Made by a program: the position numbers and the translations under genes. A stretch of 63,871 nt of DNA, counting the filler, from Octopus bimaculoides (lineage: Eukaryota): NCBI RefSeq assembly GCF_001194135.2. It is 7 parts of 7 records of this genome, joined end to end, with 100 filler letters (N's around TTAATTAATTAA, not from the genome) between each part and the next. Parts side by side here need not be neighbours in the genome. Positions count along the whole stretch, not along the records: positions 34,920 to 47,039 come from NC_068993.1; positions 47,140 to 56,500 come from NC_068999.1; 5 more parts are not named here. One strand, 5' to 3'. Positions 38,351-52,341 of this stretch are shown here, in pieces. The notes under the pieces were generated by a model that saw only the letters and a list, made by a program, of their open reading frames with translations, did no database searches and was not told where the DNA came from. Positions within the stretch are counted from its first letter, which is position 1. Every line of letters begins with the position of its first letter.

Positions 38351-40700
38351 TTCTCTCTCTCTCTATCTCTCTCTCTCTCTCTCTCTNNNNNNNNNNNNNN
38401 NNNNNNNNNNNNNNNNNNNNNNNNNNNNNNNNNNNNNNNNNNNNNNNNNNNNNNNNNNNNNNNNNNNNNNNNNNNNNNNNNNNNNNNNNNNNNNNNNNNN
38501 NNNNNNNNNNNNNNNNNNNNNNNNNNNNNNNNNNNNNNNNNNNNNNNNNNNNNNNNNNNNNNNNNNNNNNNNNNNNNNNNNNNNNNNNNNNNNNNNNNNN
38601 NNNNNNNNNNNNNNNNNNNNNNNNNNNNNNNNNNNNNNNNNNNNNNNNNNNNNNNNNNCTCTCTCTCGTTATAATAGTATAGATTACTGTATCTAGTGGT
38701 AATACAAACTAAATATTTCAAAACCATGATTATTTTTAATCTCTGCTCAATCTCCCATTGGTGGTATGCGCATATTAGACGCAACGATGATTTGTTTGTA
38801 GGTTGATTTTTGAAAAAAACTGCGTCCAGTAGCTATCTCCAGTAATTTGTTGAGTGCTGTGTTTTTTGCAGCGTATTATAAAAGACCTAGGAATGCTGTC
38901 CAAACGCCTAGCACCTTCTAAGCTCCAGAAAAAAGGTTAGGACGCTCAATGAGAAGGCACAAATGCTGAATATGTTCCGGGAAGGTAAAGGTTATGCTGC
39001 TGTAGGTCCCTGTTACGTTGTCAACGAAAGCACCATACGCTACATAAAGAAGGACGAGGTGGCGATCAGGACTACCGTAGCAGTAAGTTTCTGTGAAAGT
39101 GCCAAAACGTGAGAAATAAGTACTTCGTTAGGATGGAATCTGCTTTATTGTGGATCAGTGACTACAAAAAAAAACAAAAACATCCCTATTGAGTGGTAAT
39201 ATCATCCGCGAGAAAGCGCTGAAATTATACCAGCAGTTCGACAGAGGAGACGTAGCAGAAGGCACCAAAGAACAACAACCAAGACCACTGACAGCACCGG
39301 AACCCAAAGATTTTCAGACCAGCAAGGGATGGTTTGACCGTTTCCGGAAACGATTTAAAATAAATAGTTTCCCTGTATGGCGAGACAGCATCAGCTGACA
39401 AAAAAGCTGCCGATAAGTACCTTGAGACTTTCAGGTAGATCATCGAGGACAAGGGATACAAGCCGGAACAGGTTTTCCGTATGGATGAGACTGATTTGTT
39501 CTGAAAGAAGATGCCTTCCAGAACGTACATTATGAAGGACGAAGCCAGAGCCCCAGCATTTAAGGTACAGAATGACAGGATGATACTAATTACGTGTGAC
39601 AATGCTGTTGGCTTCATGATGCAACTAGGACTTATTTACAAGTCCGCCAACACGAGGGCCTTCAAAAATTAGAATAAAAACCTGCTGCCTGTCCACTCGA
39701 TGCATAATCCCAAGGCCTACATTATCAAAAGTCTCTTTGAATAGTTTCCACCAATGCTTCATTCATCAAGCCAAGGAATACTTCCAAAATGTTTGCATGG
39801 AATTCAAGGTGTTGCTTGTTATGGACAATGCTGGTAGTCACTCTTTGGATTTGAATCACGAGAGAGCTCGAGTCGAGTTCCTCCCTGTCAGCACCACCTA
39901 CCTCATTCAGACTATGGATCAAGGCGTGATCCATGCCTTCAAGGCACTTACATTCGGAACTCTTTCCAACACCTTGTAGACGCAATGAATTCGGTCGAGA
40001 ATTTCAAGTTAAAGAAGTACTGATGTAACTACACGATCGCAACGTGCCTGACAGTCATCCACGCTGCTCTTAAAGACATGAAAAAAAAAAGAAACCCTCA
40101 TCGCATGCTAGAAGGCATGGCTAGAGTGTGTTCAGGACCACGCGGGATTCTCACCTGAAGATATTCAGCACAAGACTGCCAACGATGCGGTGAAACTGGC
40201 AAAGGTACTGGGTGACGAAGACCTCATCGATACCCACTCTGAAATCCTGACAGACAAAGATTTGTTGGAGAAGTCTGCTAGTCAAGAGGATGCGGAAGCA
40301 CCAGATCCAGAGGAAGAGGAGGATGAGGTGGGCCTGGAAATTGAACGTCTGTCCAACCTTTTAAGGACAGCAAAGGAATTGTAAGGGAAGGCGGAAGCAT
40401 GTGATCCTTATATGATTCGGTCTCTCCAATTTAAAAATGCCATCGATGGTGTCATGCAGACATTTAAAACTCTCCGCACCACCATGAAGAAACAACAACA
40501 GCAACTTCCCATCACAATGTGCCTCAAGCCCACCAAGAAAGCCTTGCACAAAGATACGACATGCCTCAAAAGACCTGAAGAAGAGGCGTCACCTGAAGAG
40601 TTTTAAATCATTGCTATGCAGTCATTATCTTCATTATTTTCATCATCGTCGTCTTAAATCAATAACATTCATTATTGGTGAGTAACAGTATATTTTACTT
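37852..40700 (+). mobile_element. Tigger/pogo DNA transposon (5' TIR present, no 3' TIR seen)
   Basis: TA|cagtatacccccgcttattcgcgg terminus with repeated attcgc(g/a)g motifs, followed by a decayed transposase. Confidence 0.85.
38893..40606 (+). pseudogene. Decayed Tigger-like transposase (psq HTH, CENP-B HTH, DDE_1)
   Basis: TLNEKAQMLNMFREGKGYAAVG..VNESTIRYIKK; SGNIIREKALKLY; FQTSKGWFDRFRKR; MDETDLF*KKMPSRTYIMK; VLLVMDNAGSH; LIQTMDQGVIHAFKA; multiple stops and frameshifts. Confidence 0.9.
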
Positions 40701-40955
40701 CAATTTTTATCAAAATGTATACATACATACATATATAAATTCAAAATTAATCAAAAGACATACTAAGTGCGTCTACCTGCATGAAATAACAGTAAAAACT
40801 AGTTATTAAAGTTCAGAAAATGCAGATGTAGCATTAACATAATTTATTAACTGCAAAAATTCAACATATTCTCTTACAGCTGTTTCGATTTTTCCCAAAG
40901 AATTAAATTCCACTAATTAGCACAATATATTGGACGAAATCACACCAGAGGAGTG

Positions 40956-41018
40956 GAAAAGACATACCGTTAAGAATAGAAAAGACATACCGTTAGGAAT
41001 AGAAAAGACATACCGTTA
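40956..41018. repeat. 23-bp tandem repeat gaaaagacataccgttaagaata x~2.7
   Basis: Direct reading. Confidence 0.9.
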
Positions 41019-41406
41019 TGCTACATCTCCATTTTCTGAATTTTAATTTGAATATTTATAAACCAAGATTTATACTTAAACCTATTATTTTATGAATATT
41101 ACTATTCACAAAAAGATAATAGGTAAGGAACCAGTAATTCTTTGTATATTGTTATCCCACATGAGGCTATTTTAACCTCTATTTAAACACACACACACAT
41201 ATATATGTATATGTATATGTGTGTGTGTGTATGTATATATGTATATATATATGTGTGGGTGGGTGGGGCGGCGTATGTGAGTGTGTCTTACTACATAAAT
41301 AACAAAGCTTGGAAGCATTACCGTTTGTTTTGCCTCGATTTCTGTTCAGAACATCCAAGATTGTTAGCTTGGGAACTGACCGACATTCTAAAGTTTCAGT
41401 GTTAAT

Positions 41407-41752
41407 GAAAGAAGCCCGTCGTATATATATGTATATATAGGCGTAGGAGTGGCTGTGCGGTAAGTAGCTGGCTTACCAACCACATGGTTCCGGGTTCAGT
41501 TCCACTGCGTGGTACCTTGGGCAAGTGTCTTCTACTGTAGCCTCGGGCCGACCAAAGCCTTGTTTGTGGATTTGGTAGACGGAAACGGAAAGAAGCCCGT
41601 CATATATATGTATATATAGGCGTAGGAGTGGCTGTGCGGNNNNNNNNNNNNNNNNNNNNNNNNNNNNNNNNNNNNNNNNNNNNNNNNNNNNNNNNNNNNN
41701 NNNNNNNNNNNNNNNNNNNNNNNNNNTATATATATATATATGTATATATATG

Positions 41753-41792
<40 letters not shown>

Positions 41793-41965
41793 TATGTTTG
41801 TTCCCCCCCAACATCGCTTGACAACCGATGCTGGTTTGTTTACGTCCCCGTAACTTAGTGGTTCGGCAAAAGAGACCGATAGAATAAGTCCTGGGGTCGA
41901 TTTGCTCGACTAAAGGCGGTGCTCCAGCATGGCCACAGCCAAATGACTGAAATAAGTAAAAGAGT
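41407..41965 (+). mobile_element. SINE B with tandemly reiterated head
   Basis: gaaagaagcccgtc..tataggcgtaggagtggctgtgcgg occurs twice ~180 bp apart before the gap; 3' half follows the gap. Confidence 0.9.
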
Positions 41966-42721
41966 ATAAGGACATATGGATTAAGGATCTTGAATGTTTT
42001 GAACAGAACTCTTAAAAGTAACAAATGATAGAGACATAGAATTATTCATGTAAGTAAGATAAATCCTTAAAACGTGATGAAATCCGTTTCCTAGCTCTCA
42101 GATATCTGGACTCATTAGGATATCGATCTTAAAACATCCTAAATAAATTCAGCAACTTTAGACTTGGGATTATATAAAAAACAATGTGATAACTCCGATA
42201 CACCCACTGACAGCCAAAATTTAGGTGTATTCAGAAAAGTTTTCACCATTAAACTTTCTCTGATACATAAGAGCTTCATTGATATTTTAGCAGTAACATT
42301 CAGTTTTTGAGACCAAACATAATAAACCGAACGGAAAGCCTTTTTGCATAAACTGCTGTTGAAACAGCTTTCTTATTTTCTACAAAATTCTAGTTAATAT
42401 CAAAGTGAAAAGAAAGTTTCACTTTTCGTCAGACAAAATTATCTTTGATGTAGCTATAGTAATTCTCTAAAGATTACTAGATTAAAATATAACATTTACT
42501 CACTCATAAGTTTTAAAAGTCACCATTCAGTAAAGAAGCCGAGAAATCATTCTTTAATCCACCGTTCTCTGTAAATGTCAAAGCTAATAGAGCGAAAATG
42601 CTTTTGTCATTAATAAACATTGCGCTATCAAAAAGAGATACCCGAAATTATTGAATAGAAATGATATCAAACTATGATATAGCTGTATTCTCTGCATGTA
42701 TATATGTAAAATGTGTGTATA

Positions 42722-42761
<40 letters not shown>

Positions 42762-43199
42762 CGCACAACGGTGATAGACCTGGGAGTCCTAAACAAATGG
42801 TTAAGATAATTAGCTGAATGCTTTTGTTAAAAGTAGGCCATTAGTAGGATGCAATACAAAAAGGGCTCCCAAAACCTGTGCATTCATCTAATGCTCTAAA
42901 GAACGATTAATATGTGTCAGTGTATGCGTGCATATGTGTGTGTGTCTGTGTGTGTGCATGTGTCCAAGAGTGTATATAGCATAACTGCTTATTGACATCG
43001 CATGTGCATTAGAAAAACAACCACCACTTATAGGAAACGTTCGAATGTTTGCTTGAATCAAATCCAGCAGTTGATGGTCTCTTAGCATCAAAATCATGGA
43101 AGAGCAGTAATGGTTTTATTTTCCATTATCCATCCGTCCATTATCATCACGCACTATTCCTGGGAGGGTTGTGGTAGTAGAACCCTCCAATAATGTCCT

Positions 43200-43440
43200 C
43201 TTCAGGGGCCTGTCAGAAGTAACCGTCACTACACTTACCTGCTGAATTCGTAAGCATGACCAGATGGGTGGATATTTTTGTCCACCCGTCTTGCTCTTGG
43301 TCTACCTCATATTCTCTGTCAGTTGTCACGGCTTGAACAATCCGTCTAATGATGCCTCCCTGCGACATTCTAACCACATGTCTATAGTGCCGGTGTTGTG
43401 ACCTCTCAATGTGGAGGATTAGCGGCTCGACCTGGAAAAA
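43200..43440 (-). mobile_element. RTE-clade LINE 3' remnant
   Basis: EPLILHIERSQHRHYRHVVRMSQ...GRPRARW-like tail. Confidence 0.65.
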
Positions 43441-44019
43441 AAATTCTTTATCTCCGAGCTACGCACACTCTACTGATCCTTCGGAAGAAAATATGAAGTG
43501 GATTAGACAAAAAAAAAAAAAAAACCATAGCGCATCGTTACACCTAAAGCCGGAATAACCAGTAATACACTTGCAGCATGTTCTGGGAAGGTGGAAGTAC
43601 AAAGATTGTGCTGTGACCCCAAAGCAGGTTCGTAGAGAGCCACCGTTATTTCGTATTATAATTAAACATTTTTTCTACATCCATATATGTACACGTGTGC
43701 ATGTGTGTGTACATAGCTGTGTCTGAGTGTACGAAGGCACATAAACAAGTGACCAGGATATTTGGGTCATGATCATAATTCTATATGTCTAATTCCTGGA
43801 CAAGGCACTGCAATGGAACTTGGAGCAATGTAGTCAACTCAGTTAAAGATCAGTATCAGCCGAGTGTTGGTGTGAATCTCTCACTGTCTACCTGTCACAC
43901 TAGGGAAAGCTAATAGAATGTCTATGTCTATTAGCAACTGTATAGGCCCATAAGGTATTCAGCGAGACCATCGTATATGTTGCCAAGACAGTCATGGTTA
44001 AAGTTAGGTCTATCTCTCT

Positions 44020-44053
<34 letters not shown>

Positions 44054-44346
44054 CTCTGTTTGCCCATCTTCCTCTCTATGGCTGTACACACACTCACTCA
44101 CACACACACACACACACACACATACATATATGAATCAAATCAGTTTGATTCAAATTCCTGGGTACTTCGAGAGTTTCAAGCGTGATGCTAATCTTCCGCC
44201 ATTTTCAATTTGAATGAAAGAAGTTGATTGTTATTACCGAAAGGTGGGCTGCAATTGGTTGAGGAAATTCACGTGGTGTCGTGGTTTGCTGTTGATATAA
44301 CCGAATATCAGTGACAATAGTTAGTTGGAAAACACTGCATGGTAAA

Positions 44347-44425
44347 CAGGAAATCGTGCAAGTTGAGGACAGCAAATCGACCACGGTGTGGGCAGAAAAT
44401 CGACCGCGTGGTGGACAGGAAATCG
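44347..44425. repeat. Periodic array: CAG(G/C/A)AAATCG x4 at exact 23-bp spacing with divergent spacers
   Basis: Motif starts at 44347, 44370, 44393, 44416. Confidence 0.8.
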
Positions 44426-44789
44426 ATCAGATTGTAGGAGGGGAAATAGGAAACAACGGTATGCGCAGGTATATAGTTGTATATGTAGTTATATGGTTTT
44501 GCTTGCATCTCTATATTGATGCGAGCGTACATATCTGTACATGGGCGCGCACCATCACGCACTCACACACACGCACACACACACACACACACTCACGCAC
44601 ATATATATCAACGGGCAAGCACGCGGACGCACACATACACATGCATACACATACACGCACACACACACATCCACATATGCGTATTCACAGATATGTGTAA
44701 TGTATGCATGTTTACATGCACGCATGCGTATTAGTTTGCGCATACACATGCGCACCCTCACCCGCACGCATGCATAAATATACATGCGT

Positions 44790-46370
44790 ATAACAAGCGA
44801 TGGGAATTGGTAAGCGTTAGGGATTGATAAGCTTTGGGGATTGGTAAGTGTTGAGGATTGGTAATTGGCTGTCCTGCTTATGGGGTTGGTTAGTGACGGT
44901 GACCTTTGTGCAGAGTAGCAGCTGGTACTAAGGTGGTATATGCGGATTTGTTGGCAGTCAGAGTTTTGTAATTTGCGAGAAGGCCTTACCGCTGGTGACA
45001 ACAATATGATAAATTGTATTTCTCGTTGATGGATATTGCGGGTTGCTGGAGGATATGCAGTTTTTGGCGGAGGCAGAGCTGGCAGTCGGGGGTGCCGGGT
45101 GAATATGATGGCGCTTTGTCGACAATAGTCCACTTGATGCAGGATGTTTCGTCTCGGAGGTCATGGAGTTTCCAGATAAAACGAGCAGGGAAGTAGAGTT
45201 CTCTCTTTCCCTGGATCTGAACGAGTGCATATGCTGGGTGTATCTTCCTTTGAAGTCATTAGCTGTCATCCCCGTATAGTGCCTAATAATGCCATCGGAT
45301 TGTGTAAGGGTGGTTCTATATAATATGGCCCTTGAAAGGCAGGATTCTTCTAGGCGGCACATGGTGGAGTTTTGTCAGTTACAGGTTAGGGTTGAGCGTG
45401 GTGAGCGTGCATTTTTACATATGTTAATACGTGAGATGTTGCATGCGATGTTGTCAAGCAGGAATAACTCAACTTGGCATTATGGGGTTGAAGAGTTTCT
45501 AATACTTGTGGCCTCTGGGGAAGTGTTTCTTAATTAACGACAGGAAGCCCCAAGCTACGTTGGTGGAAACTTCTAAGTTATACCATATAATGATTTTTTC
45601 CTAATCCTTTTGGGGGTGGGGAGAGGGTGTTTGGAGGTTTCCACAAAAGTGAGCTGCTCAGTAAACCCGCTTCATGCCAAAGCATCGTTATAGTGGGTCG
45701 GCCCTGTTAAAGATCTCTCTATTAGCCGAGAGATTAAATAGTCGTTTGCTAATGCCTGGAGCCAGGTTTCTATTCACAGCAGGGGAATGGATTGAGCTCT
45801 TGTAGATGTATACTGTTTCTTCGTCAGGCTTTCTTTCCGTATAATAATTATCCGTATACAGGTTTAAGGTTACGTCCAAGAGATCGACAGTAGTCAGGTT
45901 GCTGGTAATTGTTATGGACAGGCCGAACTCCTCGAATATTTTATCAAGTCCTTCCTGAACCTGTCCATGGCATAGACGTTCATATGGCTTGAGATAGCCA
46001 GGCCGTCGTCCCTGTAGAAGGCCAACTTATGTGGATGGGTACGTCTCTTGAGAGTATCCAAGATGTATAACCCGACGAGGTCGGCGATTTCAGCCCCGTC
46101 AAAGATCCCATAGGGACATCGAACAATGGAACACCTTCTTTCTTCACCCAGAAGGAATTGTGGACAAGAATTGACTTTTTGGCATTCATGATAATTCTGA
46201 TATCTGATGTCACTAAAGTTGGTGTATTGCTCAGCAAAAGTTAGGGCTTTCAGATATGGAAGGGTAGAAGCCGTCAATGTTGAACTGGGTGAATCTACAG
46301 GCCGATTTATTCTCGACACCACGGAACCAGTCGCTGCGCTGGAGTTCCATTGAATCGACTCTGTAGTTCT
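44790..46370 (-). mobile_element. Second Penelope-like element of the YRDD-type group (RT and EN remnant)
   Basis: IFDGAEIADLVGLYILDTL...FYRDDGLAI; LDVTLNL..Y..ERKP; ILYRTTLT..YTGMTANDFKGRYTQHMHSFR. Confidence 0.9.
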
Positions 46371-46424
46371 TCTAATATATATATATATATAATCAAAATA
46401 AACAACAAGGACACCCAGAGGTAA

Positions 46425-46510
46425 TGCAGTACGATCATTTCAAGCTACTCATTTTAATTGAACAATGCAGTCATTACATCAATTTAAATGCAGAGCAATC
46501 CTCAGCTGCA
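46425..46510 (-). ncRNA. Type-I hammerhead ribozyme motif with a long stem-II loop
   Basis: tgcag-CTGAGGA-ttgctc(~45 nt)gagtag-ctt-GAAA-T-gatc-G-TA-ctgca; perfect 5-bp stem I, palindromic stem III with one C>T change. Confidence 0.65.
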
Positions 46511-47178
46511 TAAAGACATAGGATTTAATCAAATTAAAGCAAATGGACACATTAGTATAATTTTACCTAAAATATGCAAGAATGTAAGGAGGAAGACAAG
46601 AAACGTGCTGTCTTTATTTCAACTTAGAAGCTACTAAGGTATCAGGAAGAATGACTTGTTACAGATTTTCGTTGTCACTGTTTTATGGGCTCAGTTTTAA
46701 TTTATAGACTAGTTTATCAAATCTTTGTATGTCTAAGGCCAAAAGAACAAGGAGTGGTGCCTGCTAGGAAGGGGGATGAGGGAGTCGACAGAAATCATAG
46801 TGGGTATAATCATAAAAAAATCTATCAAGATTTATTTGAAGCAATATAATGAGATTTGGTAAAGGAAATCATAAACCAAAATGTTATCTGACAATTAAAG
46901 GGGCAAGCTAATAGTAGACCATTGATTATTTTGATTTTAATCACCTCATTTTGAAATTGCATGGATAATACCGTTCTAAATTCTGGTGCCTCAACTTAAG
47001 TACCACATTCATCTGAATACATACATACACATATATATANNNNNNNNNNNNNNNNNNNNNNNNNNNNNNNNNNNNNNNNNNNNTTAATTAATTAANNNNN
47101 NNNNNNNNNNNNNNNNNNNNNNNNNNNNNNNNNNNNNNNATATATGTACACAAATACACACACACACATACACACACA

Positions 47179-47220
<42 letters not shown>

Positions 47221-47327
47221 TATGTATATGTATAAAAATGCATGCATATATGCATGACGTTTGAATAATCGGAAATATGGAAGATCGCTTATGATATCAG
47301 GAAGTTTCACTACTACTACTACTACTG

Positions 47328-47394
<67 letters not shown>

Positions 47395-47801
47395 CACTGA
47401 TCCTGCTGCTGCTGATGGTGATAATGATGATGATGATGATGATGATGATGATGGTGTTGGTGGTGGTGGTGATTCTGATTTCTTTTAAATAGAAGGAAAA
47501 GTATACCCATACACGGAGGCAGACAGTCAGCCACATATAATGATTTAGTGGTATAGAAATTATATACCGGTGCATTCATATATATATATATAAGCACCTC
47601 TACACACATACATATATGTGTGTGTCAATGTATTATATATCCGAGTATCCTTTTATATATGCATAAAACTTAATAAGTGGCTATATGCATTTAAGTAATG
47701 CAACATAGTCTCATACGCGCGCGATCACAGGTACACACACAAACACACCCTACCCTCACAGACACAGAGACACTTCTCTCTCCCTCACTCTCTTTCTCTT
47801 C

Positions 47802-47860
<59 letters not shown>

Positions 47861-47950
47861 CACACATATATATATATATATACACACATATATATATATA
47901 AACCTATATATGCATATACATATACATACATATATACATATATATATGCG

Positions 47951-48020
<70 letters not shown>

Positions 48021-49197
48021 CATACATACATGCATATGAGATGATAAGAGATTCACTTGAGGGTTCGACATTATTACGCATTGGAAATTGACTCACAAAT
48101 TTCTCATAGTTCATGTGATATTTACAGATAAATCTTATCGCAATTGAGTAATGGAGTTTGCAAATTATACGCCGAAACAGTAATAGCATCCACAGCTAAT
48201 AAATCTCGTTTAAGGTTAGTGTCTTGAGGCTGACTGCTATCAGTTAGCTTTTGATTGATCGGTGTTGTCTTCCTAATAGATCATTTGAACAGTACAACTA
48301 TACAAAAGAGTAGCATCTATATGACTTGCATTTGATTTCCTTAAGGTCTCCCTTCATCTGCGTGAAAAGGTAATGTTGATCTTTAAATGAAGTTATAACC
48401 GAAATCCGAAGTGATTTAATTTCATGCTGTAAAGGTCCGTGCGGATCTCATTAATAAAAATTCGATTTCGTTTTAGAGTCAGTTGATTTTGAACTTTTAG
48501 ACATCTCAGGTCAACTACAATATGTCGTCGTAACGATAACTAGTGACATATTGGCATTTAATAGTGTGATGATTAAAATTTTGCAAAATGAGGATGGTAA
48601 CTGTTGTAGTTCGACCTATGCTAGAAACTTCCTTACCAAAAATGAAACAAGAAAAAATAATCTCACTTAAAAGTATTGTTTATCAAAAAAAGAGGCATGA
48701 ATACCTTTGGACATTTTGTAGGCCATTTTAGACGGACGAGGTCGATACACTATCGATGTTTGTAGAGAAATGGTAAAGATACATCTGGGAAGGAATTCTG
48801 TGGGCAGTGCAGTTCTATGAAGTAATGTAGAGCAAGTGGTGCGCCTCATTAAACTTGCTTGTTACCATTATTTTGGGTTTTGTTACAGAGAGCTGGTCAG
48901 CTTTGATCAAGACGAGATCTGTTTAAAACTTTTTCTTACTATCTTGTGTTTTTATGCATTTCTTTAGGTGTACAGCTTCCAAAATATTCGTTTTTTGGAG
49001 ATAGTAGGGTTATATTTAGTCAGAGATTGAGCTGTTATTTCTTGCAAGGCAAGAGACCACATAAAGGATCTGTAACTACCTAGCCTTGTTAGATATTCTT
49101 ATGTGAAGTTAAAGAATTTAGTAGGACACGAGGACATCTCACTACCAAATTACAGCACATACACAATCTGGTGTACTTTCATTAATATGGTTTAGCA

Positions 49198-49410
49198 AGG
49201 CAGCGATCTCGCAGAATCATTAGCACACAAAACGAAATGCTTAGCGTTAATTCGCCCGTTGTTACGTTCTGAGTTCAAATTCTGTCGAGGTTGACTTTGC
49301 ATTTCATCCTTTCGGGGGTCGATAAATTAAGTACCAGTGAAACACTGGGGTCATTGTAACCTACTAGTCCCCTCCCCGCAAATTTCTGGCCTTCTACCTA
49401 TAGTAGGAAA
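49198..49410 (+). mobile_element. SINE family A (other copies at 49745-49850 +, 50620-50780 -, 52650-52820 +, 59812-59917 +)
   Basis: Head, core and tail motifs. Confidence 0.85.
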
Positions 49411-51319
49411 GATTCATATGGTTTAGCAATCACTCTCAAACGAGTATAACATGTACCACAAGTTTTCGCTAAAGACGTCAACAAACGCTGAATATCTAAG
49501 GAAACATATACTGCGAGGAACCTCGCAGTTAAGCGAAAATGTAAAATGCTCTGAGGTGAAATTCTAGAAATAATTTGCAACTGAAGTAGAAAGAGATCAA
49601 TGTATTGGGGAATCTTTCGATACCTGCGTGGCCATATCACATTCTCACGTAAATCGTTGCCTTTTTTTTTTAGCAAAATAATAACCTGCAGTATTTCTTA
49701 CGTTCTACTGTGTTTTAGTCTTCTACATAACTCAAAAGTTATGTAATTTTTTCGGGGATGATAAATTAAGTACCAGTTACGTACTGGAGTGGATCTAATC
49801 GACTGGGCCCCTCCCCCAAAATCTCGGACCTTGTGCCTATATTAGAAAAGGATATAATATCGCATTTCCTTTATTCAATTATTTGCGTTACCAATACCCA
49901 CTTTTATGCAAATAACGATAAACAAAATCAGTTTTATCTGAGGCCCTTTATTCTATAATAGTTATAAATTACTATTCTTACCATGGTGAGGCAAATAAAT
50001 AATTTAATCGCTGGTATATTGAGAAAAATGGCAAAAACTCGGCAGATCGATCGTACTTTATGACCCGAGAGTGACAAATAGTGTCTTTAACGATAGTATC
50101 TACTTTTCACTTGTGTATTAGGTTTACAATATTTTTGATGTGAACTCATGTCTTAAAACATACTGAGTTGTATCGCGCTAGCAAATATATTTCAACAATA
50201 AACACACGCTCTGTTTCTATTTCACTTCTTGGCCATTTTTTTTTCATTTTGTTCACTATTTATCCAAACAACGAATCGATTGTTTTATTGCTCGATCGGT
50301 CAATCAGTCAATAAGTTAAGGTTTCCATAGTCCTTTCGTCACTAATCAACGCCGTGTTACCGCTCTGCTCCTGGTCCACTACGTGCATAAATAATTACCC
50401 AATCGAATGTTTAATCAATCGTTCACTCAATTATTTCAGCAATCAGCTGTGTTTACCAAAGTCCTTTTTGTCTCTATTTTCAACATCATCAGTGACTTGA
50501 CCTCTCCACCCCAGGTCTGTCAGTCAGTCAGTCTGTCTGTCCGTCAGTCTTTCTGTCTGTCTGTATTCTGGTTCACAGGTTTCATATTTCTATTTCTATA
50601 AGGAAATGAATAAGAACATACATGAGAAAAGAAGCCTGATCGCAGTGCTTGTATACAAATGAACGCCGCTGAAATTAATGCAAGACCGAATCCGTAAATC
50701 AGTGGGATTTGAACACAAACTACAAAAGTACTTATATAGATAATACGAAGAATTTAATCTGTTGCTCTACTGATTCTCCCAATAAAGGAATGGAATAAAG
50801 CAAAGAAGGAATGTATTGCAACGCTATGTTTTACAATCAGGTTTTCATTTATTCATTTATTTATCTATATACTTTTTAAATATCATGATAGTTATTATGA
50901 GATATGAAATTTGGAACCGAAGCCACACGTATTATGCCTTAAATATTAAAGGAAAAATCAAAGCTAAAAACTTTCAAAACTATTATAAAATACAGAAAAA
51001 ACAAAACAAAACATGAAGAATGATAGACATTTCCAGTGTTTTTAGGATGATAGATATCTTTGTGGAAAACAGTTAAAATTTTTCATGTCTCGCGAGATAA
51101 TAATTGTTTTCTATATGAGAGCAAAAATGGAAAACAAAAAAGGAGATTCTAATACAAATAAAAAGAATAACCGCAACAACAATATAAATATATATTTTTT
51201 TTCTTCAACATCGAAATGCTGAATACGATAACACTAAATAATTTTTTTTACGAAATATAGATTATTTTTTAGCGCTCCTTCTCTCACTCGCTCCCTCTCT
51301 CCCTCCCTCTCTACGTATG

Positions 51320-51363
<44 letters not shown>

Positions 51364-51439
51364 GTATATACATATATTATATATGTGTATATATATATGT
51401 ATATGTGTGTTGTGTGTTTGCGTATGCGTATGTATTAGC

Positions 51440-51496
<57 letters not shown>

Positions 51497-51897
51497 TATA
51501 TGGGCTCTCTCTCATTTTCTAATATTCATTCCTGTCGATATCAATATATCAATTGTGAAATTGAATTTATCGCAGTTATAATACAAAAGAAGGGAATATG
51601 ATGTTGTCTTTTGATGAGAGGATAAAGAGCTTAATTATTGATTATTGTTATCCATATTACTTGTGAAACAAAAGCGAGGTATTATTTGTCATTGCAGAAT
51701 GTCAAGATAAACTCTACGTAATAATTCATGTACTATCGACAGTATCGCGTTTATCTCAACTGACATCTCAATAACGATATCTCAATATGAGCGATACATT
51801 GTGTCACGTGTGACTTTGATTTGGCATGAAAGAAAAATAAAACCCTACTAGATTTCTGTCTCCCTCCTTATTCCCCATCTTCCTCTCACATTCTCCA

Positions 51898-51942
<45 letters not shown>

Positions 51943-52251
51943 GATACACGTACACACTCATATATATATATATATATATACATTCGTGTATATATATATA
52001 TATATTATGCATGTTTGTATGTATTTAGAGACCAAGAGGTTGAGAGAGGCATTGGGACATAGAGTTATAAAGGAGCCAATGTATGGAAAGATAGATTCAT
52101 ATGTGCCAAAATTTGAAAGCGATAAGTACACACACGGCGTGGGAGAGAGCGCGAGATGAAGTTAGATAAGCTAAAACGTACATTTATATATATCTAGTTT
52201 AGCGAAAAATCGGCAGCCATATTTATATCTACATTCGTTCCTGCATGCCTC

Positions 52252-52341
<90 letters not shown>

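Noticed and set aside
44347-44425. CRISPR interpretation of the periodic array
   Set aside because: Repeat and spacers are too short, there are no cas genes and the context is eukaryotic
49510-49529. Perfect hairpin actgcgagg-aa-cctcgcagt as a Helitron 3' end
   Set aside because: No CTRR terminus at the expected distance
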